A DNA stretch of 64,000 nt from Cenococcum geophilum (lineage: Eukaryota): the NCBI GenBank assembly GCA_050273025.1, contig CP158635.1, positions 9,052,001-9,116,000 of the forward strand, in the 5' to 3' direction. Position 1 is the stretch's first letter. The number at the start of each line of letters is the position of its first letter. This document shows positions 49,398-62,166 of this stretch, in pieces. The notes beneath the pieces are model-generated. The model worked only from the letters and a program-made list of their open reading frames with translations. It did no database searches and was not told where the DNA came from. A program made the position numbers and the translations under genes.

Positions 49398-52300
49398 GGC
49401 ACGGTCTAGAATAGAGCCGATAGAACTATATAACGAGGAATAGTAGCTAAGGTTATATAACGTGCTATATATTAAATAAGAGGAACGGAAGGAACTTACG
49501 TACCTTATATATAAGATATATATTATATATAAGAAGGATTTTATAGGAGTATGGTTATATATTTAAGGACCCTTAATCCCTACCTAGATAGTTCCTTCTT
49601 TATAGTAATTCTTAGAATATAATTAGAGTTAATCTATTAGGCAATTACTCTACCAGTTATTATTACGTTATTAACTTTAATTTACATTACCTATATACCT
49701 AGCCTAATAACGAGCCTATTATAGTTCTTGCTATAAGGTTCCGTTATATAATTACTACCTAGTTATAGTATTAAATATAAAAAGTTAAATAATATGCCAC
49801 TAAAAGCAGCCACTACAACGCTATTAACGGCGGCAACTACTTTAAGGTTAGGTAACACTAGTATAGCAGATACTAACTTATAGTAACCTATAACGGTTAG
49901 ATAATTATAAAAGATAGTTAACTAGGTAATAACTAATAATACAGCGTTAGAAGAAAGGGTTAATAGGATAGAAGCAGTAAAGATTAAGCTATTATCAATT
50001 AAAAGATATTTAGGAGAGAGATTAAAGCTTAAGGGATTTCTTATATAAATATACTTTAAAGTTACATAAGAAGGGGCGAAGCCACTAATACCTATAGATC
50101 GAATAGCCTATGCGGGACTATTCCTATTAGGAAGAGCACTTAAGTAGTTTAAGCCTTACTTTACGGAAATATAGGTAAATGGAATGATGACTACTAGTTA
50201 AGAGGTGCGATTTATATTTTTAAGCTAGGAAGGGTTCGCAAAGCGACTTATATAGATATTTAGAGACCTAAAGGTAGTAACTATAGCGGAAAGAAGACTC
50301 TAAGATATTATATAATAAACCTTAGCAATTAAGTATATAATATAGTTCCAGACGTTAGCTATATAAGTTAAGTAGAATAATAAGGTGTTTATGGCATAGT
50401 ATAAATAGGGACTTAAGGCTAAAGTTTAAGACGTAATTATTCTAATAAAAGATATAGATACCCTAAGGGAACTAATAGATTAAGTAATTAGATATACTAA
50501 AAGAAATAGGCTAAAAGAGGTTAAAATAGAGTTCTATAGTTATATAAGACATAGAGTACACAATAACTAAAGCTAAGTTAGAAACTATAGTATAGCGTAG
50601 AGCTAATAGATCTAAGTAGTACTAAAAAAGCCTATAAAAGATAGAGTAAGAAACTATAAAAACCTAGAGGTTAAGGATTTAGTAATTATAGGACTAAGGA
50701 GCAGAGGCTAAACTAGGAATCTTAGTAGTAGAAGACGTTTAGGTAAACTCTATAGTAAAGTTAATAGTTTAAAGACGGAGCTTATATAAATTATAGAAAA
50801 TAAGGTTACTTTATAAGGGATTATAAAGATAGTTAGAGTTACTATATAATAAAGGGAACCTAACTAATAGTAGAAGATATATATATATAGAGGGATAATA
50901 GTATACTGCGAGGAACAAAAGAATGTTTAATTAGAAGTTTTGTGTTTTATTATAATAATATATACCAAATTTATAAAAACGCTAAGTATAACATAAGCTA
51001 TTAGCTATAAAAGCTAAACCCTATAGCGTATAGAGGAACTAATAAACTAGTTTATAAATTAGATATTAAGGATAATAAATTTAATATAGGCGAAATATTC
51101 TATAATAATAAGGTAATAAGGGTAGCTTACTAGGAGTATATAAACCTTAGAGATGTTATACTAGAGGTAAAGAATAATTCCACTATAACATAGGGAATAT
51201 TAGTAGGGATTAAGACCCTACTAGATATAATATCTATTACTTTATAAGACGTAAGAAAAGTAGGATAGTAAACTACTTTGGCACTTAATAAAGGCAAAAG
51301 GCTAAAAGCTTAAGATTCTTAAGATAAGATAAAAGATAACTAAGATTCTTAAGATAAGATAAGGTAAGCTTAAGGACCTATAACGGATAGAAACCAATAG
51401 AGTAGAGTAGTAGCTTAGTTTAAAGATATATAAATAAGCTTAGAATAGAGTTTCCTATAGGTATAAGACTCTTAAGATAAAATAAGTAAGATTTAAGACT
51501 CTTAAGATAAGATAAGAATACCTAAGCCTAGTTAGACTAAGGTAGGAGCTAAGCTTAAGTTAGAAGTAAGCTTAGGATTAAGAATTCTATAGGACTAAGA
51601 TTTTAAGATATAAATAAGGACTATTAACGAGATTAAGAAGTAAGAAGACTTTAAGAATCCACTTATAAGACGCGAAAAGAAAGAAACCATAGAGGAATTT
51701 AGAGTAAGAATTACCTTATAGCAAGAATAGAAACTAGATAAAAGATCTAGCATATTGGAATGTATATAAGATAGAGTACTAGTATAAAGAATTACTAATA
51801 GGCCTAGGGTAGGCACATTAAGAGCTAAGTGGCTTACTAAACTAGAATAAGAAGAGGATCTAGGGATTTTAACTAGGTTTAAGGAATAATATATAAAGGG
51901 CTGTTATAATATAGTAATAAGAAGATACTTCCTTACGGATAAGCCGTATATACTTAAGGGGTTATACTAAAAGTAGTATAGATAACGATATAATAACGAG
52001 TAGGAAGATTTCTATATATAGCTAAATAAAAAAGTTATTTAAGACTACCCGATTATAGAGAAGGCTATAACTTATATTAAAGGAGCCTTAATTATAATAT
52101 TAAAAGATTTAGAGGAGTAATTAGAGGACTAAAGAAGTAAAAGGCGAATTTTTATACCTATAAATAAAGTTATAACGCTTAGATTAATATAAGAAAGGTT
52201 TAAACTTAAGAATAAAAATAAGCTAAGATTTAACCTAAGATACTAAGTATATTATATATTAGCATAGATTATATATATAAATAATGCATATAATATATAT

Positions 52301-52750
52301 AGAGTACCTAAAAATAAAAACTAAAAGTATCTAAGAAGAATATATTAGATAACGGATAAGGTAAAATATAAAAACGCTAAATATATATATAGTTAGTATC
52401 TAGTAGAAGTATAAAGCTAAGGGGACTTAATACTTTAGCTAGGAAGATTTCTTACAGAAGAATACCTAGATAGATAGTAGTAGTAGGAATGCCTAGAGAA
52501 TATATATCTATAGTATATTAAAGATAAAAAGTAAACTAAGTATTAGCTAAAAGTGGACTAAGTATAAACAAAATTAAGCAGCTAATAGTTAGGAAAAGTA
52601 GAGGCCTATAAGACTAGAGGGAACTAGTAATAAAGCCTTAAACCCTTAAAGAAATTTAAGGATAATACCTAAATTTATAAGTTAAGTGGCAAGATTAACA
52701 GTTTAAAGCATTAATAGATAGTGGAGTAATAAGAAATTATATATTACTAG

Positions 52751-53183
52751 TATAACGGAACCTTATAGCAGGAACTACAATAGGCTTATTATTAGGCTAA
52801 GTGTATAGGTAATATAAATTAAAGTTAATAACGTAATAATAACTAGTAGAGTAGTTACCTAATAGATTAACTCTAATTATATTCTAAGAATTACTATAAG
52901 GAAGGAACTATCTAGGTAGGGACTAAGGGTCCTTAAATACACAACCATACTACTATAAAATCCTTCTTATATATAATATACGTATGCTCCATTTGCTTTA
53001 TTATAGATCTTATAAATTATATAGATTATATAGATTATATAGATTATATTATATAACCTTAGTTACTATTCCTTATTATATAGCTCTATCGGCTCTATTC
53101 TAGACTATACTTTAATTAACTAACTAGCTTCTTTTAACTCTTCCCTAAATAGTTATAATATTATACTTAAAGCGTCTATAACA
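52751..53183 (-). repeat. 3' LTR of A3 (433 bp, with an internal replacement)
   Basis: TATAACGG...CTATAACA is the reverse complement of the family-A LTR; ~52984-53048 is non-homologous. Confidence 0.92.
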
Positions 53184-53291
53184 CTATCTCCCTCCTCTCT
53201 ATCTTTATCCTTAAAGATTTCTAATATCTTTAAGTTATTTACTAAAGGTATAATATCCGTCTAATTAATTTAGTTAATATTATTACTTATT

Positions 53292-53964
53292 ATACCTAAA
53301 GCAATTTCTTCTTCCTTAACTGCTCGTTATATTCGCACTATCGCTATAATACTATCTCTTAGTGAAATTATACCGTCTTCGTATTCTCGCTGTTTAAAAG
53401 AGGGGTTAGTTTATATTACGTTAGTAAACCCATCTTTACAATAACCGTTCTCTTATTTAAAGTGCACTAAAGCAAATATTTATTTGTCCTATAACGTTTA
53501 CTCTATCTTTAATGCTAAATATACATAACTTATTACTCTTAATAGTTATCTAGTTCCCTAATTAATTTATCTTAGGGTTTTATATTTAATCTACTAATAT
53601 AAAGCTAAATAATAAACTGTCTATTACTCTAGCAGAGTTATATTATTTTTATAACGCAGAATAGAAGGCAGCTAATACTTAGTAAAGGGCCCTTAAGTCT
53701 TATCTTACGGCGTCCGCTTAGTTAATCTATCTTAAAAAGGTACGTAAGAAGGTTTATTTTAAGGAGTAGAAGCTTATAAAATAGGGTTTATAAAAACTTA
53801 GTAATAAAAGAATGGATTCTTTTTTAGCTGAGAAGGAAATAGATCTAAATAGCTTAGCAACTGCTCTTCTTAGGTCCCCCTTAGGTAACTTATTCTTTAG
53901 CGATTCTTTTTTATTAATACTGCCTAACCTAATTTCTTTTAATACTTCTATACCTTTTCTATAG
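53292..53964 (+). pseudogene. Antisense intron-containing Zn2Cys6-like + coiled-coil gene of A3
   Basis: Exon 1 at 53292-53520 (229 nt, same as A2) and intron at 53521-53575 (55 bp, ends TTAG). It retains Cys2 (TGT) and Cys5 (TGC), whereas A2 retains Cys2 and Cys6. Confidence 0.8.
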
Positions 53965-56056
53965 CGTTTTTTAAATTCTCTAGTAGTTTCTAGGTAGTCT
54001 TATTATAGCCTATCTACTTTACCTTATACTATATTTTATTATTAATGTCCTTATAGCTAACAATCTTTAAAACTTATTATTTATTTTCTTCTTACCCTCT
54101 ATATATATCTACTTTATAAACTAGTGGCTTAATATTCCTATATACTAGCTCTAGTATTACAATATACTATATAGGGTAGATTTTTATTTTAGCTAGTAGG
54201 TTTAACTTAAATATAACTAATAAAATCCTTTAAATAATTTTAAAAGGTTCTAGTCTAACATAGTTTAACTTCTTACTTAATTATTAACTCTTAAAATTTT
54301 TATATAGTAGCTATACTTTATCTCCCTCCTTAAGATCTAGTCTCTTAGATCTCTTAGCGTTATAGTACTTTTTTATTCTCTCTTATACTTTCTTTACTAA
54401 TTCTATAAGGTCTATATAAAGATTTATTAATATCTTTATTCTTTCTTTAGCTGTACTACTTATTTTCTTTACTTATCTTAGTAATAATAATATTTTTAGC
54501 TTATATCCGTAATTTACCTTAAATAGTAATATGCCTATTCCTTCCTAAGGTGTTATATTATATATAAACTGTATAACTAGTAGTAATAATATCTAATTAT
54601 TCTGTACGTAATTAATATAGTGTTTTAAATACTACTTTAGTGTCTAATTTAGTCTCTCTGTTTAACTATCTATCTGCGGATAATATATAGTAAAAATTGC
54701 TACTCTAACTCCTTATTCCGCTAAGAATACCTCCTAAAATACTGTTATAAATCTTAGATCTCTATCTAATATAGTCTTACTTAGTGCTCCGTATTTTATA
54801 AATACTTCCTTAATATAAATTCTAGTAATATCTTCTGCTAATATTTCTTTTATATACGTTATAAAGTATTCCTACTTTATAAGCTTATCTACTATTACTA
54901 AGATTATATTATAATCTTATCCGGTAATAGGATCTCTTAATTTTAGTAACTTAATAATAAAGTCCTATAATATAACCTCCTATAGTCTCTTTAGTATTTT
55001 AATAGGTTATAGCCCTCTATATAGCTTATGCCTTATTAGTTTATTTCTCTAGTAATCTAGATATTCTTTTATAACTTTTTATACTAAGCCCTAGATTTTA
55101 TTAATAATATACTCCTTTTAGAGTTTTAATACTAAGCCTACGGCTTTATTATATCCTTAAGTTATCCCTCTATAGAAATCTTCTATAAATTACTCTGCTA
55201 TACTTTTTAGAATATACTTTACTTCTTAGTGTTTATATATATCTATCTATAGATCTTCTAGCTATACTTTTAGAATTATTTATACTTAAAAGCTTTTTAA
55301 TAACTTATAAACTCTTTCTAGTTCTTCTTAAGTTATTATAATTTTTAGATAATTATACCTAATTAACCCATCTATGTCTTTTTACAGTAAAGCCCCTAAT
55401 AGCTTTTTATTATTTTATAGTTTAGCTTTTTAACTTAGAGTATCTGCTTATATATTATTTATACCCTTAATATATTAAATCTTAAAATGGTATTTTATAA
55501 GCATCTCTACCCATTTAACCTATCTTTAGTTAAGTTCCTTTATTATTAGAAATCCTATTAAGTTCTTATAATTTATCTTAACTATAAATAGTTTCTCTAT
55601 ACCTTATAAGAATGCTTACTATTCTTTTAATACTATAACTATACCTAATAACTCTTTATTATAGATATTATAGTTTAACTCTAGTGGTATTATCTTCTAA
55701 CTATAGTATACCACTAGGTGCTATTTATTTTAATATTTTTATATAAAGTATACTCCTAGTATAAAGTCTAATATATTTATTTCTATAACTATTTCTAGTC
55801 CTAGTTAATAGATCTTAAAAACTAGCTCCTAGGTAAATAATTTCTTAACTTATTTAAATAATCTTAGCTATTCTTCCCCCTATACCTATAGTTCTTCTTT
55901 TTTTATTAATTACGTAAATAGCTTAATATCCTTTAACTATTACGCTATAAACCTTCTATAGTAATTGCAAAACCCTAGAAATAATCTTAACTATATAACG
56001 TTCTTTAGTTCCTACTAATTTACTATAGCCTTAATTTTCTTTAAATCTATACTAAG

Positions 56057-56264
56057 TGTTGGTTACATAGGGTGACTTACCAATAACGACTACTTGAGTA
56101 GGGTTACAGTGATGTTGGTTAATAAAGCTTTTTAATTGGAATAAGGAAGGGCGAGGAGCTTAAGGCTCCTCGCCACGCTAGTGCCGCGGCGACACGTAAT
56201 GGCAACTTACCATTACGTGACGGCAGTTTGCCGTACGTAACGGCAAATTGCCTTATTCCCGACA
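56057..56264 (-). repeat. 3' LTR of Copia copy 2
   Basis: TGTTGG...CCGACA, with an adjacent purine tract on the minus strand (AAAAGAAGAG). Confidence 0.96.
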
Positions 56265-59200
56265 CTAGCAACTCTTCTTTTATAGTTGCCCTCTATATAC
56301 AAATACTGCTTAACTATTATAATAAATATAGATCCTCCTTATTTACTATTGCCATTATAATATAAGTCTCGCTATCCTAAAATTTGCTTTTTAGCACGTG
56401 GTGCTTTCTTACTAAGGAGTCGTGGGTAGACATTATATTAGGGCCGTTAGGGCCGCTAAGGCGCTAGCTATAAGCGAGCTAATAGCAATTTTCCATGCCA
56501 GGTATAGAAAATCCTAATTAGCTGGTTAAAATTAGGGTCTGTAAAGCGTTATACTCTTACTCCCTTTTAACCTAACCTTTAACTCATACGTGTAAAGTAT
56601 TTGTATTAATAAACGTTTCTAAAGCCTTATTTAGGTTTGCCTTCGTTATTATATCTACTAGGTTATTTTAACCGTTAATCTATTAAATCTTAAAGAGTTC
56701 TCGCCGTTTATAGGATTAATAAAGTGCTATAATATCGATTATAAGGCGCTTCTCCTTTATAGTACTAAGCTTAACTAAGCACTTATAGAGGGAGTATAAG
56801 TTAGTACATACAATTATAGGGATAATAGGAAGTTTAAGTCGATCTATAATTATCTTTAGGGTAGTTCCAATTGCAATTACTATATTAACTCCGCTAACCA
56901 TTCTATATATCTCTGACGCTAGAACGCTTTAAGTAACGCGCTTACTCTTGGTTAAGCTCTAATAGATAAGATTGCCGTAGATTGTGAAGTTATTCTCTCT
57001 GGTAGATTTATTCATAATAATGATTTTATATTCTAGCTAGGAGCTAAAATCTTTATTATTTATAAACGATCTATTAATAAATATAAAGAGCTTAGCGGTG
57101 GGAAGATTAATAGGCATATAGAGTAGTCTCCGGTTAAGATAGTTTATTTACTAGGAGAGACGCTTATTTAGGGTAAGGATGTTATCCTTAGTTGGTTCCT
57201 AGTATTAAGTGGTAATAGAGAGATTAAATAAAGCCTTAGGTTGATAGATAGAAGTAATATAAGCTCTATAAGCGCGTTGCTCTATATATCCTTATTTTGG
57301 AGAATTAACGTTAATAACGTTAATCTTTTTACCTTAACCCTTCTGGCACAAAGCAATAGAATCCTTATTTAGGGAGAGGACATATTTATTAAAGAGTAAT
57401 AGTGTTATTAAATTAAGCTTTTCCTTTGGCTTTGCTATAAGATTTGCCTTTACTAGCTTATCTTCTTTAAGAGCTAAGAATTAGTCATCTCCTAAGATAA
57501 TTATATCGTTAGTTTATATGCCGATAATTCTAAATAGAGTTCCTGTAGTTGTAATAAGGAAGTATAAATTGAATATAAAAGTAGTTATTAAAAGCTTCTC
57601 TTTATGGTGCTTGCTATAGGTAGCCTACTAGTAAGTTCCTGCCTCTACGATTTTATACAATGGCTTGAGCATAACTATAATTGTATCTTCGGAGTATTAG
57701 TGGTAAATTTGCTCTAGAAGGTATGCTAATATTAAGTACTAAAGGTGCGTCTCTGATTAGGTGTAGGCCTAAGTAATATCTTATAGATAGACTGCTATTC
57801 CATTCTTTATTAGGGAGGGAGCTAGTGCAATAATAACTCGCTAACTAGCTCGTTAAATTATAAGAGATTGTATAAGAATTACCTCCTTACTATTGTTATT
57901 ATAGCCTTAGATAATAAGCCTTAATTTCTTAAATAGGGCGTTAGTAGCTTTGCCTTTAATCTCGTTAACTATTCTTGACTTAAAGATACGAACTTTATTA
58001 AACTTAGTAGGGTTATACTTCTTGAATTTAAAGACCCCTCTTATAATAAGACTATCGATCTTCTACTTATTGGATGCTTAGAAAGGAGCTTTTAGAGTTA
58101 TAATGCGACCTTTCTTTTAAAGCTATTTTGCGAGTTTAAAGTTAGCCTTCTCCTTAGCTGTTATAAAGGCCATTAATAGCTCGACTCTATTCTCGATAGT
58201 AGCAATAAATTACTCTTTAAAATTAATAAGATATTAGCAATTTCGTAATCCCTTTAGGCGACCTCTACCGCGTTGTAGTTGCGGCGTATCTACTATAATT
58301 GTATTAGGATTATAATTGCCTTCTAGAGTATGTTAGTTATAGCTCTTCTTTAAGGTATCTTCTATGGTATTCTACAAAGGCTTAGAACTGTTATCTTTAT
58401 AGTAAGGCTTAATAATAGTTAAATAGAATTAAGTAGGTCCGTAAGGCATCTAAATAGTATAAGTTTAACTATTAATTGTAATAAGTTGATGTGGGCCTAA
58501 CTATTCTCCCTTTTTACGCTATACGCGTACCTTAGACTAAAGTGGTAGATTAAGCGTAGTTAAGGTGTTTAGGCTATTTCTTATTCCTAGTGCGTTATTA
58601 ACCTAGCGTGTAGCGTAGAGACGTTGTACCTCCTTCATTGCCTTATGAATAGCCTTAGCTCGTTATACGACGGAGGGAGATAGTAGAGAATTGTTAGTTA
58701 TTTAAGGGTAGGCGCTAAAGACTAGCAATATAGGTATAAGTCTATCCGGGCTAGCGGAATTGTTAATAGCTTTAATAGCTATTTATAAGGTAAGTTCTTT
58801 ACTAGCATTTTCTAGTTCTAAAGAGATAATCTTATATACGCGGCGTAATGGTATATAATATCGTTTTACTTTTCCGATACTATTATATGCCTTAATAGGG
58901 ACTTTCTTAACCTTAATTGCTATTACCTTTATCTATTATTAAAACTCTATAAATAAAAAGTTCTTTCCTATGTTATAGACGATTTAATTAGGGGGTCCTA
59001 GGTAGATATTAATCTAGTATAATTAAAGGGTATCCTATGCATTCCTAGCTAATATATCCTTTAAGAATCGTACGGCTTAGAAGGAGGTTAAGAAGTTAAT
59101 AACTTAGAGTACTGGCTTGCCGCTAAAATATATAACGTTAATAATAATATAGAAGTTAAAGTTGTAGTTATCTTTAAGGGTAAACTTAAATTGGCTAGGG

Positions 59201-61958
59201 GACTTTTGGTTTATTTAGCATTAATAGTAGTACTTTATAAGATACTTAATTACCTTAACCTCGATTTTATGGCCTACCCGCTAAAAAACCCTAAGTAATT
59301 GGTGAACGGATAGGTGGCTAAAACAACGGTGTAGTTGATGTAACTCTAACTTAGTTAAATAGCTCTAAGTAACACTCTTTTCTAGTTAATAAAGGAGTAA
59401 CTAGGGGTAACCCTACTTACGTATAACGGGCACCTAATTATCTCCCTAAATAAGTATATTTTTAAGGTTATTAAGCTTAACGCCTAATTTGTTTATATCT
59501 TTAATACAAAATAGAAATGGGGTGTTTATAGGAACGACGTGAAAGGTAATATACCCTAAGGGGGTTTGGACCCTAATTGTGCCAATAAAAATCGCAGTAC
59601 CCTTACTAAAACAAATTATGTATTAGCCTGCTGTTAAATAGTTAATTTAAACAGAGCTATTAAGCTGCTAAAGGGCTTGAACTTAAGGTTCTCCTGCTAT
59701 AGATACTCCTGCGGCTTTAGTATCTGGTATAATACTATAGAAGATGTTTGCCGAGTATTTGTTATTAAAGGAGAACGCGGAACTCTCTCTTAGCTTATTA
59801 AAGATATCTAACTTTATGGTAAAATAGAGCGTAGATTGGTTATTAAGAATAGTGACGGTTTATATACCATCTACCTTACTATACTTAGTGAAGTATTAGT
59901 TGGGTAAGTACTCCTTAATTTCTATATCTATAAGGAGCTATTTAGCCTTATTAACCTTACCCTTAAGATCTTCTACGCCTTTATATTGAACTAGGAAGCT
60001 TTAGAAGTAGGCTGTAATAACCTTATAATTTCTAACGTTTCTTATACTCTAGCGGAACTTATTATATACCTCCTTTTATTTATTAAGAGAATGCTTAGTT
60101 AACTAGTAATTTAGTTTCTTATAAATGTAGTACTTCTTTTAGCGATTACTTTAAAATGAACCTTTATAAGGACCTCTACCTTTGCCTTATAGTTATTAAT
60201 TGTACCTTCTACCGTATTGCCTACCCTGGCCACTATATGTTTAATTAGTCTAGTTATAATTGTATTAGTTAGGCGGGTTAATTAAAGTAGGTTAAAGTTG
60301 GGCGTTAAATTGCTATACTTCTTAAGAGTATAGAGCGGTGCTAATAGAAGATCTTAATTAAGTATATACTCCTTTGTAAGTATTTATAGGATTAAAGAGA
60401 GTAAGGTTATATTCTTTAACACCTTAATATACGCTAATAACTTAATTATATAGGCTAAAGTCCTCTTAATATAATTTGGATAAACTACGCTAAATTATCT
60501 AAAGTTAATTAAAGAGCTTTTGAAGATAATTAAGCTAAGGGATACCTGGGTTTGTAGCAATAATCCTTAGGAAGGTAGTCTCTCTCTATTCTAATATATA
60601 CTGCTACTTATTCTCTTTTATTTTAAAGTGGCATCTTAACTTATATATTATGCGGTTAAAATTATATTCTTTTCCTACTAAACGATTATAATAGAAGGTA
60701 CTAGCTTGGCCCTTAAGCATAATAGAATAGGTGTTGTGGTATTAATTAGACTCTATTCCTACCTTCTAGCAACAGTTATAGAAGATACGTAATTTTAAAT
60801 TAAGAATATTATATAATTCCCCGCTAAACTTCTTCTTCTAATCTAAATAGAGCTTTGTAAGCTTTATAAGTAATTTTAAACTGCCTCCGATTTAAGATTA
60901 AGATAGAGGAGGTAGGAGTTATATTATAGGCTACAGTAGGGACGTAGGTCTGGTTGGTGGAGTCTAAAGGTTAGTAAATCGCGAAGTAAGGGGATCTTGT
61001 ACTTGCTTGTGTTAAGAGGTAGTAGTTAAAGTTATAGGTTAAATTAGTGGATTCTGGGGAACTAAAGATAGAGGTAGAGGCGATGGATATAGAACGGAAG
61101 AACTTGCGCCTAGAGCAATAGAATTAGAACGTATCTCTTATAGTATATTACTTAGATTCTATTATAAGTTAAGCTTCCTTATAGTGCATAGTTAGTGCTT
61201 AATCTCTTATATAGTCTATTTGTGCTCTTTTTTTACGTTAAGAACCTGCTCCTAAATATTATTTCTAATAGTACCCCCATCCTTAAGGACAAATACTCTA
61301 TTCTCCTAAAGGAAGTTATAGAAGTTCTATATAATATCCTTGTTTATAGGGGCCTATATTTCCTTTATCTATTTAATAAAGTCCTCCTTTATATATTCCT
61401 ATAGCGCGGTATTATTATATTTACTATCCTTATAATATACTATATAGTGTAATAAAAATCCATTTAAGTCTTATTCATTAGCGTTTATAAGGTTAATTAT
61501 AGCTTTATTCTATATCTTTAGGTTAATATCTTCCTTATACTTCTTTAGGTAGGTTAACGCTATAGTAGGTATAGAATTAACGGGGTGTCGTACGTTAAAG
61601 GTAGGTAGGATTTTCGGTTTTATAGGATCTTGTAGGTTTGCTATTAAAAGGTAGGCAATTTAAGATATTGTTTAACGCGTTTTAGACGTTAACTTGGGAC
61701 CTTAGGTTTAGTGATACTTCTAACCTAAAGTACTTAACTAAATCTTCGTAAACGCGGTTATTCTGCGTAATAGATGTAACTTGGTATCTCCTAGTACTTA
61801 GTGATACTTCTATTACTAGTTTTTCGTAAGTTTAAGGTAGCATAGTATCGCCGGGATCTATTCTATATAAGCGTATATAGCACCCCTATATAAGACTATC
61901 TCTTCTATTTAAAAACCTAGCTGCTTTATAGTTAACTATATATTTAACCACTAATTAG

Positions 61959-62166
61959 TGTTGGTTATATAGGGTAACTTACCAATAACGACTACTTAAG
62001 TAGGGTTATAGTGATGTTGGTTAATAAAGCTTTTTAATTGGAATGAGGAAGGGCGAGGAGCTTAAGGCTCCTCGCCACGCTAGTGCCGCGGCGACACGTG
62101 ATGGCAACTTGCCATCACGTGACGGCAGTTTGCCGTACGTGACGGCAAATTGCCTTATTCCCGACA
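61959..62166 (-). repeat. 5' LTR of Copia copy 2
   Basis: TGTTGG...CCGACA, 208 bp, followed by TSD CTAAG. Confidence 0.96.

Larger units (their letters stand above)
35013..52750 (+). mobile_element. Gypsy family A copy A1 (outermost): split 5' LTR (35013-35089 + 49403-49748), gag from 49794, cut in protease by copy A3
   Basis: The two LTR halves join into one family-A LTR across the GGCAC duplication. Gag begins ATGCCACTAAAAGCAGCC at 49794, and protease ALIDSG.IRNYI ends at 52750. The remainder is presumably right of the window. Confidence 0.9.
56057..62166 (-). mobile_element. Ty1/Copia LTR retrotransposon copy 2, full length (6110 bp)
   Basis: 208-bp LTRs at 56057-56264 and 61959-62166; TSD CTAAG at 56052-56056 and 62167-62171. 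Minus-strand order is gag, IN (LHRCFSHLS ~59320), RT (KLRLII*GYN ~57910; LKPLYKIVEAG ~57650), then RNase H (CTNLYSLYKCLVKLSTIKEKRLIIDI). Confidence 0.97.
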
